Shown here: in pieces, positions 41,240 to 50,437 of the stretch
Layout: every line of letters starts with the position of its first letter
Numbering within the stretch: position 1 is the stretch's first letter
Assembly: GCA_963790025.1 (NCBI GenBank)
Contig: CAWBMP010000002.1
Span: 128,001-192,000, forward strand
Direction: 5' to 3'
Length of the DNA: 64,000 nucleotides
Origin: Nitrospirota bacterium
Lineage (GTDB): Bacteria; Nitrospirota; Thermodesulfovibrionia; Thermodesulfovibrionales; Dissulfurispiraceae
The notes under the pieces: generated by a model
What the model was told of the DNA's origin: nothing
Database searches by the model: none
What the model saw: the letters and a program-made list of their open reading frames with translations, nothing else
Position numbers and translations under genes: made by a program

Positions 41240-41271
41240 AAAAAGGGAGAGAGCGAAATCGCTCTCTCCCT
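41240..41271 (-). terminator. Intrinsic terminator after the mtrB-like gene
   Basis: agggagagagcga-aa-tcgctctctccct stem with a T-run on the minus strand. Confidence 0.8.
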
Positions 41272-41293
41272 GCTCACAGGTCAAAACTATTAC

Positions 41294-43456
41294 TTAAAAC
41301 TTATAAGCGGCACTCAGGAAGACTATGCTTGCATTGTAACTCGGGTTTGCATAGGCGCCTGTCAGGTAAGTGTTGCTGGCCGCATTGAAATACTGATAAT
41401 TGGGGTTGGAAAGCGCATAATCGTTGTACTTGAACTGCTCGAATGAAGCCCCGACTGCCATCGTGAATGAGTTCGACAAGGCGTAGCTCAACTTGCACAT
41501 AAGAGAGCTCTTATGGTACGCATCCACGTCGCCCAGGTTGGGGTTGCCGACAGGGCCACTTGCTACGTTCGAGTTCACCCCGCCCACTTGATTGGGAACA
41601 GCGCTAAAGAAGCCGAAATCCTCGGTACCGTCCGAATTTACGTAATCGTACTGCACCCTGAGTGTCAGCTTTTTAGGCACCAGATAGACATCGACCCCTG
41701 CCCCGAATTCATAGGTATTGTCCTTCTGGGACAGGTTCCAGAGGTAGCCGTTGTTGCTGCTGCTGGTATAAAAATCCGAGGAAGTGTTGCAGACGCCGCT
41801 TGCGCTGGTGGTGTCGCAATCATGTAAATTCTGCTTGATATACTGTAAATCAAAATAGGCGTTCAGACGCACTATACCCCCGATCAGGTAATCGCCGTAA
41901 GTTTCCAGTTCATTCGTCGTGGCATTTTGAACGCCCAACAAGACATCCGGATATGTCGACTTCTTGTATTTGTAAGCAATCCCGACATTCAGATTGTCGA
42001 GAGGGGAGGAATCCGCCGCAACCTTGTATGTGTCCCTCCTCTGCGTCGCTGCATCAAAGATGGTGAACTGAGGGTAGTTAATATGTGACGTTGTAGAATC
42101 AATAGCATAAGGAGAACCAATTATAGCCTCCCTCGCCAGATGTTCATAGCCCATCTTCGGTGTCAGAAAATCCAGACCGTTCCACTTCAGTTCAGCGGAA
42201 TATACATTGTCTTTGGTGGAAGGGATATCTGGCCTGATTCTGTCTGTATCGATATAGGAATATCCTGCGTTCAAGCGAAATTGCGCAGGCAGTTTGAACC
42301 CGAAATCAGCGCCGTAGTTGTTCTTTTTGTAGTCAAAAAGAGGGACGACAATAGTAGGGGGGGTATTGCCGGCAATCGTCTGGTATATAGTGTCAGACTT
42401 GTTCGTCGTGCTGTAGTATTTGTAAAACAGCTTCACATCAAGAAACCTGACCGGATTGGAGGTCAGCGAAAAGGCATAATTCTCGACGTCCTTGCGTCCG
42501 TTGAAGGTAGTTGAACTCAAAGTGGTCTGGGCGTTACCGGGCACTGAATTGTTGAAATTAAGAATGGGGCTGAGATTGAAACTGGAACTCTCACGAGAGT
42601 TCGCAAGACTAACATTGAACCTGGTGTTCAGCGGAAGCTGCAATACGCCTTTAAACCCCAGTTTGTAAAAATGGTTGTCGGGTGGAAGCGACATCAGAGA
42701 AGCGGTAGAATTGGATATCGGGCCGGACCCGGCAATCAGCATGGTTTGGTTCGAATTTGTGAAATCGCCGTAGGAGAAAGTAAGCGCCGCAAACAACGGC
42801 TTGGCCCTGTATCCGATCTCACCTATGTAGTTGGTCGTCTCGTATTGGACAGGAGCAGGGATTTCAATCCCGTTCCCGTTACTATAAGGCAGAAGGCCGC
42901 TTCTGTCCTCCCTGGCCGCTGAGAAATCGACATAAAAAGGATTGAGCAAATCAACTTTGAGCCCGCCTCCGTACTGGTTCCTCTGGATAGAGTAATTAAA
43001 ACTGTTCCAGGTCGACGGATTGGTATTCGCAGGTAAATGCGAAGCGTTGAGCGTAGTTGTAAGCGAGTTGCCGCCCACGCCGGAATAAGGTGTCAGGGCG
43101 CCGAAAGTCGTATTATGCACAATCGAATTTTCGAAAGCGTTGAATTTGAATTTCCCGTACATCCCGGTGTCAAGGTTATAGCTTTGCGTATTATAGCCCA
43201 TATCAGAGGACCTGAACTTCAGGAAAAAGTCATCGCTGTCATAGCCCAGCCTGATGTTGTCGTAAAAGCCGCCCTGATTCACCATATCTCTGTATTCGCT
43301 GAATTTCGCCTTGCTGCCGTTTACATCAACAACCTCGGCAGTACCGCCTATCTCTCCATAAAATGTCCCGCCTGATCCGGTAGCATCGGCCGAAAACGCA
43401 CTGGCAAATGGCAGGAGGACAAATGCTGCTGCTAATGTCATTATTCTGAATTTCAT
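41294..43456 (-). CDS. mtrB: MtrB/PioB/MtoB family outer-membrane beta-barrel
   Basis: Signal peptide, KF.EYRD, LPPDN motif, amphipathic beta-strands, C-terminal YKF; adjacent to a decaheme gene. Confidence 0.85.
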   Translation of the reverse strand: MKFRIMTLAAAFVLLPFASAFSADATGSGGTFYGEIGGTAEVVDVNGSKAKFSEYRDMVNQGGFYDNIRLGYDSDDFFLKFRSSDMGYNTQSYNLDTGMYGKFKFNAFENSIVHNTTFGALTPYSGVGGNSLTTTLNASHLPANTNPSTWNSFNYSIQRNQYGGGLKVDLLNPFYVDFSAAREDRSGLLPYSNGNGIEIPAPVQYETTNYIGEIGYRAKPLFAALTFSYGDFTNSNQTMLIAGSGPISNSTASLMSLPPDNHFYKLGFKGVLQLPLNTRFNVSLANSRESSSFNLSPILNFNNSVPGNAQTTLSSTTFNGRKDVENYAFSLTSNPVRFLDVKLFYKYYSTTNKSDTIYQTIAGNTPPTIVVPLFDYKKNNYGADFGFKLPAQFRLNAGYSYIDTDRIRPDIPSTKDNVYSAELKWNGLDFLTPKMGYEHLAREAIIGSPYAIDSTTSHINYPQFTIFDAATQRRDTYKVAADSSPLDNLNVGIAYKYKKSTYPDVLLGVQNATTNELETYGDYLIGGIVRLNAYFDLQYIKQNLHDCDTTSASGVCNTSSDFYTSSSNNGYLWNLSQKDNTYEFGAGVDVYLVPKKLTLRVQYDYVNSDGTEDFGFFSAVPNQVGGVNSNVASGPVGNPNLGDVDAYHKSSLMCKLSYALSNSFTMAVGASFEQFKYNDYALSNPNYQYFNAASNTYLTGAYANPSYNASIVFLSAAYKF

Positions 43457-43468
43457 CTTTATCCCCTC

Positions 43469-44440
43469 CTATTCTCTGAAAGAGCAGCCATTCGCAGATT
43501 TTAAACCGTTGCTGCCATGAATGGATGGATGGCAGTTCAGGCAGGCACGTCCGAACATATGGTTCGACTGGTTTGCGGCGGCAACGGCAGGATTTGATGT
43601 TGTGAAGAAGGTAAACGGCTGTCCACCCATGCCACTGCCATGACTACCCCCGGTTGCATGGCACTGCTCGCACAGCACCGGCACCCTCTGCGTCAGCATT
43701 CTGTCGTGATTGCTCCCGTGAGGGTTATGGCAATTCAGGCAATTCTCTTCGACAGGAGGATGTTCGTTCATATATGGACCTCTTTTTTCGGCGTGACACT
43801 TATAACAGAGCTCGTTGACGGAATCGGCCCTCAGCATCTTATCATTAAGCTCACCATGAGGGTTATGACAGTCAACGCATGCCACTTTGCCCTCCTTGAT
43901 GGGATGGTGGGACTGTTTGTTTACCATAGTCTTGATGTCCCTGTGGCACTGGAAGCAGACCTCGGACTTTTCAGCTTTCAGGAGTTTATCTCCCCCTTTG
44001 TGGGGCGAATGGCAATTGTCGCAGGAAACATCCTCCATTTTATGCTTGCTGGAATTCCAGAAAGCCTGGTCCTTCATAACTTCATGGCAGGCAAGACACT
44101 TTGCTGTCTTGGCCTTTGGATCAGTTTTTTTGTCAAAGGCAAAGATATCTACGCCCCTGCCGCCGCCTTTCTCAACATGCTTTGCACCTGGACCGTGGCA
44201 GGTCTCGCAGGCATCCTGCGATGCAGGCCCCTTCACATGTTTCTTGGAATGGATGGTCTTTGCATAAGACGCATATTGGGCCTCGTGACAGCCCTGACAG
44301 GTTTCAGCGCCGATGAAACCTTCTTTTTCCATCGTTCCTTCCTTTGTTTCCTTTTCACTGCTCCTGGACATGGAGACAAAGGTGAATAGAAAGACAAGAG
44401 GCATTAAAAGAAAAACTATGTATTTTTTTTGCATCTCCAA
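43469..44440 (-). CDS. mtrA: DmsE/MtrA/MtoA family decaheme cytochrome c
   Basis: Ten CXXCH motifs; CHAEKRGP, EHPPV.E.C..CH.PHGS and IHGSN signatures. Confidence 0.92.
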   Translation of the reverse strand: MEMQKKYIVFLLMPLVFLFTFVSMSRSSEKETKEGTMEKEGFIGAETCQGCHEAQYASYAKTIHSKKHVKGPASQDACETCHGPGAKHVEKGGGRGVDIFAFDKKTDPKAKTAKCLACHEVMKDQAFWNSSKHKMEDVSCDNCHSPHKGGDKLLKAEKSEVCFQCHRDIKTMVNKQSHHPIKEGKVACVDCHNPHGELNDKMLRADSVNELCYKCHAEKRGPYMNEHPPVEENCLNCHNPHGSNHDRMLTQRVPVLCEQCHATGGSHGSGMGGQPFTFFTTSNPAVAAANQSNHMFGRACLNCHPSIHGSNGLKSANGCSFRE

Positions 44441-44486
44441 CCTCCGCTGTAATTTTTTCTATACAAAAAACCTGATAAGAGAAACA

Positions 44487-45314
44487 TCATTTGACCATCA
44501 CAAGGCGGAACCCGAGTGCATGATGACCGAATGTCGGAGTGAGAGGAACGCGATGAGAAACCCTTATACCCATGGGTCCGTTGCTCCAGCAGCCCCCACG
44601 CTCGACATGATACTCTCCGGACCCCGTGTATACGGGGTTGTTTTTCGGGAGCTGGGTATAGGCCGAACTGCTATAAACATCCTCGACCCACTGCCAGACA
44701 TTGCCGAGCATGTCGTATAGTCCAAAACCGTTTGGCTGAAAACTGCCGACAGGGGATGAGACCAGAAACTTGTCATCACAGTAAAAGGCCGTCCAGTTCT
44801 TCCAGCGCTTCTTTGCACTTATATCAGCCACGTTTGCATATTTACAGGCGTCGTCGGGATTATCGCCCCAGAAACGGCTTGTCTTTGTTCCCGCACGGGC
44901 AGCATATTCCCACTCGGCTTCTGTCGGCAGCCTATAGGTATGCCCTGTTTTTCCTGAAAGCCATTTGGCAAACGCAACGGCATCATACCATGAAACATCC
45001 ACTACCGGCTGTTTATCACCATTCAGCGATAAGCCGTCAAAATTGGCGCTTTTATGTTCTGGCTGAAATTTTCTGAACTGCTCATTGGTCACATCATACT
45101 TGCCCAAGAAGAAATCATTGACACATACCTCATGGACCGGCCTCTCGTTGCTGTCACCATCGCCGACCGAGTCCCCCATGTCATAACAGCCGCCTTTAAT
45201 AAATATAAACTCCATGCCTGTTTCGGAGTCCGTATTCGAAGTTTCTGCTTTGACAATGGCGGGAGAGACAATAAGGAAGAACATCAATGCGACAAACGGA
45301 ATTTTTAAAGACAT
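44487..45314 (-). CDS. Exported FGE-sulfatase (SUMF1/NirV-like) domain protein
   Basis: MG....E.P.H.V, RLPTEAEWEYAARAG, NGFGLYDMLGNVWQW, GFRLV. Confidence 0.92.
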   Translation of the reverse strand: MSLKIPFVALMFFLIVSPAIVKAETSNTDSETGMEFIFIKGGCYDMGDSVGDGDSNERPVHEVCVNDFFLGKYDVTNEQFRKFQPEHKSANFDGLSLNGDKQPVVDVSWYDAVAFAKWLSGKTGHTYRLPTEAEWEYAARAGTKTSRFWGDNPDDACKYANVADISAKKRWKNWTAFYCDDKFLVSSPVGSFQPNGFGLYDMLGNVWQWVEDVYSSSAYTQLPKNNPVYTGSGEYHVERGGCWSNGPMGIRVSHRVPLTPTFGHHALGFRLVMVK

Positions 45315-45358
45315 TTTACACCCCCCTGATCCAAAAAATCAGATTTTGTGGCTTCGTT

Positions 45359-45381
45359 ATATGTTTCATATCGTAACATAT
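45359..45381. promoter_or_regulatory. Palindromic operator candidate upstream of the FGE-mtrA-mtrB genes
   Basis: ATATGTTTC-ATATC-GTAACATAT; a further half-site ATATGTTAC at 45472. Confidence 0.5.
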
Positions 45382-45520
45382 ATTATTATTTCTACAATTA
45401 TACAATAATTGTTTATATTGTCAACAGTTATGTCAGTAATAACGTCGGGGTCACCGTCACTACGGAGGTTCATATGTTACACATCAAGAAATAGGCTGAT
45501 GCACCCGGATTTTTGTCTAT

Positions 45521-46216
45521 CTAAATCATTAAGCTCACCGCTTCATCGCCCAATGCATCTGCAACGGCATCGATAACACCAAGGGACGAAATGTGGGGCC
45601 CCATCCACGATATTGGCCCTATTATCGGTACAGGACATATGCGACGCAGCACATCTGGGTTTGTCCGCTCAGCCATTGTATCCCCTGAGGGCCCGCTGCT
45701 GTTGATAATGACCCCCCGTACTTCTATCCCTTCTCTAAGGGCATGGATGACTGTCAAGAGTGTATGATTGATAGTGCCCAATCCCTCTCTTGCAACTATA
45801 ACGGCAGGCAGGTCCAACATCTTGATCAGATCGGAGATAAAAAAAGATTCCTTTAGCGGCACCATAAGGCCGCCCGCTCCCTCCACGACGAGGAATTCAT
45901 ATTTTGCTTTAAGGACATCATACGCATGCATTATAGCATCCAGCTCAACGTGCTTCCCTTCCAGTTCCGCGGCAACCATAGGCGCAAGCGGGTTTGAAAA
46001 ACAAAGGGGCGTTATAAGCTCAACTGGGTCATCCATTCCGGCAATCTCCCTCAAAAACGTCCCGTCAGCAGGTATTGATTGAATGCAGCCTGTCTCGACA
46101 GGCTTCATTGCACCTACCTTAATCCCTTTCCGGCCCAGGGCGCGTATCAACCCGGCAGCTATGACCGTCTTGCCGACTCCTGTGTCCGTCCCAGTTATAA
46201 AAATGTCTTTTGCCAT
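45521..46216 (-). CDS. bioD: Dethiobiotin synthase
   Basis: ITGTDTGVGKT, KPVETG, VEGAGGL, LGTINHT. Confidence 0.96.
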   Translation of the reverse strand: MAKDIFITGTDTGVGKTVIAAGLIRALGRKGIKVGAMKPVETGCIQSIPADGTFLREIAGMDDPVELITPLCFSNPLAPMVAAELEGKHVELDAIMHAYDVLKAKYEFLVVEGAGGLMVPLKESFFISDLIKMLDLPAVIVAREGLGTINHTLLTVIHALREGIEVRGVIINSSGPSGDTMAERTNPDVLRRICPVPIIGPISWMGPHISSLGVIDAVADALGDEAVSLMI

Positions 46217-46362
46217 ATCCCTTCCCAGTCCTCAAGCTCCGTCTGTTATCACCATTGTCTTGTTCGTCACAATCATACGTATTCATGTTATAATTTCAAA
46301 CAATTTAAATCAAATGCGTTATAAGCTGTGAGAGGCTTACGGTTTTTTTGAGGGGAGGTATC

Positions 46363-46920
46363 ATGACACGTTTTGAAGAAGTGCAAATGAAGATCGCAGA
46401 ATCTGCAAAAAATTATCTTGAGATATTCAATATGCAGGTTTTCATAGAGCAGTTCACACTTGACAGGGAGAGCAGGTTCTCGCTCGTGCTGCCTCAGATG
46501 GAGCCGCCTTATGCACTGACAGCAACCGTATCCTTTACATACGACGCCTTTCAGACAGGAATGACTCTTTACGAGGAGGATGCTGAAGAAAGCACGATGG
46601 ACGCCGATACCTCGCTGGAACTCGAATTCGAAATAAAATTGCCTATGATGGAAGATCATCCGAATATTGAGGCATTGCTTACGGAAGTCGAAGAGGAATA
46701 TCCTGACACCCAGCCCGTGCTCTTTGTAAAAGAAATAATACCCAGCGAGCAGCCATCCAGGGAATACGAAATTTCTTACGTATATGATATCGAGGCAAAC
46801 GATCTGGACGATGATAAACTGTTCGATGAGATTTTCGAGGAACTCAGGGGCATTCTTGAACTCATCAACAAAAGGACGCGGGATTATATAGACCACTCCT
46901 GGTACAGCGCCGAAGAATGA
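46363..46920 (+). CDS. Acidic hypothetical protein
   Basis: GGGGAGGT RBS; 185-codon ORF in tandem with the HAD gene. Confidence 0.75.
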   Translation: MTRFEEVQMKIAESAKNYLEIFNMQVFIEQFTLDRESRFSLVLPQMEPPYALTATVSFTYDAFQTGMTLYEEDAEESTMDADTSLELEFEIKLPMMEDHPNIEALLTEVEEEYPDTQPVLFVKEIIPSEQPSREYEISYVYDIEANDLDDDKLFDEIFEELRGILELINKRTRDYIDHSWYSAEE

Positions 46921-46930
46921 TGACGGTCTC

Positions 46931-47599
46931 GTGTCAAAAATGATACCGATGAAGCAAATCGATTGCATACTGCTGGACATGGACGGGACTCTGCTGGACA
47001 AGTATTTCGATGATTATTTCTGGGAGCACCTTGTGCCTGAAAAATACGCTGAAAAGCATGGCGTCACTTTCGGGAAGGCAAAAGAAATATTGCTCGCCCT
47101 GTACAAATCCCACGAAGGCACTTTGAACTGGACCGATATCGATTTCTGGTCAAAGGAACTTCATCTGGACATCCCGGCGCTCAAGGAACAGATTAAACAC
47201 CTCATCGAAGTACATCCCCATGTCGAGGATTTCCTTAAAGCAATGAAGCAGCATAAAAAAAGAGTTTACATGCTCACTAATGCCCATTATAAGGTACTGG
47301 ACATCAAATTAAAAAAGACCGACATAGGCAGATACTTCGACAACTGCATCACGTCTTGTGAGATGGGCTATCCCAAGGAGATGATCGAATTCTGGGAGAA
47401 AGTAGCACTGATGCTGAAATTCGATAAGGAACGCACGCTCTTTATCGACGATACAGCCGAAGTACTGAAAACGGCAAAAACCTTCGGAATAAAATACCTC
47501 TTACTCAAAACAGGTGCAAGCTCAAAGAAAAAAGACAAGGTAACACACGAATTCCCTGTCCTGAAAGATTACCGTGAACTGATCAACGCTGCGGGCTGA
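46931..47599 (+). CDS. HAD-family hydrolase (GMP/IMP nucleotidase YrfG-like)
   Basis: DMDGTLLD.YFD..FW, TNAH, FIDD. Confidence 0.88.
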   Translation: MSKMIPMKQIDCILLDMDGTLLDKYFDDYFWEHLVPEKYAEKHGVTFGKAKEILLALYKSHEGTLNWTDIDFWSKELHLDIPALKEQIKHLIEVHPHVEDFLKAMKQHKKRVYMLTNAHYKVLDIKLKKTDIGRYFDNCITSCEMGYPKEMIEFWEKVALMLKFDKERTLFIDDTAEVLKTAKTFGIKYLLLKTGASSKKKDKVTHEFPVLKDYRELINAAG

Positions 47600-47612
47600 T
47601 TCAGGGGTTGCC

Positions 47613-49808
47613 TTAAGGCAAATAGCTCTCGAACCCGCCAATTCTCCAGAAATCCCAGATGTTCATATAGAAAGCGTCAAAGCGCCTATGCCGCACCTGT
47701 TCCTCCTCGCGGCGCCAGAAAAAAAGATCGCTTGCAGTAAAGAGATAACCGAAATGATAGGCAGTGAAGTCCTTTCGCTGCCTGGCAATAAGGCTGACCG
47801 GATACCGGTAAATCTTCTCCTGAAGGTGTACTATCATCAGGGTTTTCTGTCGAACGCGCGCAGCCTGCTGCAGCAGCATTTCGGCCTCGGGGGTCGCTGG
47901 TTGCCACCATTGCCCTTTTCTCTGGGCCAGAAGAGCTCTAAGGGTCAAAGCACGGTGCTGTGCCCTGAGTGAGGTCACTTTAAGCGCCCATGTCAATTCG
48001 TGCGCTATCAAGGGAAGATCAGGAGTCATCCGGCTATTCCCCTCGTAAATCCGGCCGGTTTCACGTTCAAGCCCTTCCACCGCTGCGTTCATCTCATTGG
48101 CGTACATTTCCAGTTCTGATACAGTAGATGCCACGATGCGTTTTGCTTCCTCATCAGATGCTTGATATAGCAGCCACGAATTGGTAAAGGCCGGTCTCGG
48201 CTGAAAAGGGCTGTTAAAGGGCCAGGGAAGCTCTGCTGAAGGGTCACGTGCAGACATAAAAGCGATAAGTCCCCTGCCCTTCAACCAGTAGTTCTGAATG
48301 GACAGGGCCCTCTGAAATAACCGGTATATACGGGCATCTGGAAACAGGTCCTGCAGCACACTGAGAGGGGATGTCTTCTGCAAAGAACCGTTTTTATAAT
48401 GGTCCCAGGACCACCTGGCAATACTCCAGTTCACGAGCCAGTAGCCCCATTCCCAGCCCGAACTGAACGTGAGGTGATTATCAATGCCTGCCCTTTTCAT
48501 TGTTTGCATATCGGACCACCGCGCATCAAGATACGGAAGGAGAAGCAGCGGAACAGAATTATCGAAGGAGACCCAGTACGCTGCTTCAGGCCAGTACCAG
48601 GTCTCCCGCCGTTTGTTTTCCCATGTTGCACTGGCAAGCATATACCGAAGATTCCTGTTTCCATAGACAGGTGCACTTGTCTCGTCGATTGAATAAAACA
48701 TGACAGTATGTATCAATGTGCCCGCCTTGAAAGATTTGCCGTTTTGGCCGCCATGCTGACCGTTAATGACATGGGTCGGGACCATCACCTTGGTTTTATA
48801 TCTCTCATTGACCTGTCTGATGAGATACGTTTTCAGTTCAGGCATCAATTCACCAAGATTGGGCATATATTCACCCATACTGAAATCAACGGTGATAAAA
48901 TCCCAGTTCACCCGGAATATCCATGCTAGAGTGTTATCGATTTGCTGTTTATAGGAAGGAAGAAACCTTAATAGCTTTATGCTCTGAAAAGCCTTTTGCT
49001 GAACCATGAAGAGAGAGAATTCAATACCTGCAAGTATGCCTCTTTTATGCGCATATGCTGCGAGGTCACCGGCGTGCGTGATCCAGCGCGCACGATCAAT
49101 GTCCCTTAAAAGGTAAAACTGAAACACATTCTGCTGGTTTCTCGCCAGCCAGTCTATATACTCTCTGAGGTCTTCGGCAGCATGAGGGTAATCAGGATTA
49201 TGAAGTTGCTCGGTAAGTTCGACAGGATGAAGGGAATGGATATGAAACCCTTTCTTGTCAAAGCGCGGAAAGGCGTCCCACCGAAAGTTCACCGGCAGCG
49301 GCCAGTGTTTATGGAAAGGGACAAGGGTCCTTTTGGGATGGTAAAATTTAAACCCGAGTTTCTCCTGGAGCAGTGCGTAAAGTCCGCAACTCACCCCCTG
49401 AAAAGAGGGTGATGTAAGGGCAAGGACCACACCGCCGCCTTTGCCGGAGGAAACCCAGTGATACTCGTGGTCCGGGTATTGCAAATAATCGTAGACTCTT
49501 CCCTTTGCAAAACGGTCAGTTAGGGCTGTGTTTTCTCCGCCGCTTCTTGAAACAGCTATATGCACCCCGGCAGAAGGATTATTCAGAGACACGGACGCGG
49601 AGGGAAATCCCTTCTTCAGAAGACTTACAACGTCCCTTATCGTAATGGCAGTAATGGAATTATTGAGGAATACCTGCGGGACGTCGATACTGATGGAGCG
49701 CACAGGAACCCCTTTGCCGGAGGCAAGCCCATCAGATGCGGAAATAAAAATCAGAATAAAAAGCAAGGCACATTTTACAATCATATAGTTAAAGTTTTTA
49801 TCCATCAC
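47613..49808 (-). CDS. Exported hypothetical protein, possibly glycoside-hydrolase-like
   Basis: Signal peptide; G...GLY.LL...LG..F.HP and P.F..KGFH.H reminiscent of GH20/GH67 N-terminal regions. Confidence 0.6.
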   Translation of the reverse strand: MMDKNFNYMIVKCALLFILIFISASDGLASGKGVPVRSISIDVPQVFLNNSITAITIRDVVSLLKKGFPSASVSLNNPSAGVHIAVSRSGGENTALTDRFAKGRVYDYLQYPDHEYHWVSSGKGGGVVLALTSPSFQGVSCGLYALLQEKLGFKFYHPKRTLVPFHKHWPLPVNFRWDAFPRFDKKGFHIHSLHPVELTEQLHNPDYPHAAEDLREYIDWLARNQQNVFQFYLLRDIDRARWITHAGDLAAYAHKRGILAGIEFSLFMVQQKAFQSIKLLRFLPSYKQQIDNTLAWIFRVNWDFITVDFSMGEYMPNLGELMPELKTYLIRQVNERYKTKVMVPTHVINGQHGGQNGKSFKAGTLIHTVMFYSIDETSAPVYGNRNLRYMLASATWENKRRETWYWPEAAYWVSFDNSVPLLLLPYLDARWSDMQTMKRAGIDNHLTFSSGWEWGYWLVNWSIARWSWDHYKNGSLQKTSPLSVLQDLFPDARIYRLFQRALSIQNYWLKGRGLIAFMSARDPSAELPWPFNSPFQPRPAFTNSWLLYQASDEEAKRIVASTVSELEMYANEMNAAVEGLERETGRIYEGNSRMTPDLPLIAHELTWALKVTSLRAQHRALTLRALLAQRKGQWWQPATPEAEMLLQQAARVRQKTLMIVHLQEKIYRYPVSLIARQRKDFTAYHFGYLFTASDLFFWRREEEQVRHRRFDAFYMNIWDFWRIGGFESYLP

Positions 49809-50009
49809 CAGATTGCCTTATTTTTATCGATTACTATATGTAATATTGTGATAAAACGCAAGATAGACAGGTGCGGGGCAGTGGGGTGTCGGCAGAGTGC
49901 ACCCCACAATATTGTCTAAAATATTTGGAATAGTGTATAATTATGGAAATTATATGGAGCACCTTAGTTGCTCTGTTTTTAAATTACAATATAAGGAGGT
50001 GAACAAAGC

Positions 50010-50276
50010 ATGAGGATGAAATCAATTATCGCTTTATTAGTAGCTTTGGTATTTACGCTCGGTATGGTCAGCTTTACATTTGCAGCTGATATGAAGGAAA
50101 TGAAGGGCACCGTTACAAAGATGGACGCTAAGTCCGTCACCATTAAGGACGCAGCCGGAAAAGAGACAAAGGTCGATGCGGTATGCAAAGATGTAAAGGT
50201 CGGCGATAAGATCACTGTTAAAGACGGCAAGTGCATGAAAGAAGCGCCTGCTAAGAAGAAGAGCAGCGGTTATTAA
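50010..50276 (+). CDS. Small secreted Lys-rich protein (OB-fold-like)
   Basis: AAGGAGGT RBS, signal peptide ending TFA, GTVTK.D...VTIKD, VKVGDKITV. Confidence 0.8.
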   Translation: MRMKSIIALLVALVFTLGMVSFTFAADMKEMKGTVTKMDAKSVTIKDAAGKETKVDAVCKDVKVGDKITVKDGKCMKEAPAKKKSSGY

Positions 50277-50296
50277 TAGCAGTTGTCGCAGTACAT

Positions 50297-50334
50297 AAGA
50301 GGGTGAGAGTCCAAAGCTTTCACCCTTTTTTATT
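50297..50334 (+). terminator. Intrinsic terminator
   Basis: aagagggtgagag ... ctttcacccttttttatt. Confidence 0.75.
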
Positions 50335-50341
50335 AAGAGAC

Positions 50342-50434
50342 AGGTATAGGCATAAGTAAAGGTATAGACAAAAATATTGATATCCTTCCTTTGTCTTTTA
50401 TTTTTTTCTTTACCTTTACCTCTACCTTTGCCTA
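50342..50434. repeat. Degenerate hexamer inverted repeat upstream of trmJ
   Basis: aggtataggcataagtaaaggtatagac ... ctttacctttacctctacctttgcct. Confidence 0.7.
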
Positions 50435-50437
50435 ATT

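Noticed and set aside
44487..45314. FGE/C-type-lectin gene as a diversity-generating retroelement target
   Set aside because: No template-repeat copy of its 3' end and no intact RT seen in the window; the only RT trace belongs to the group II intron relic.
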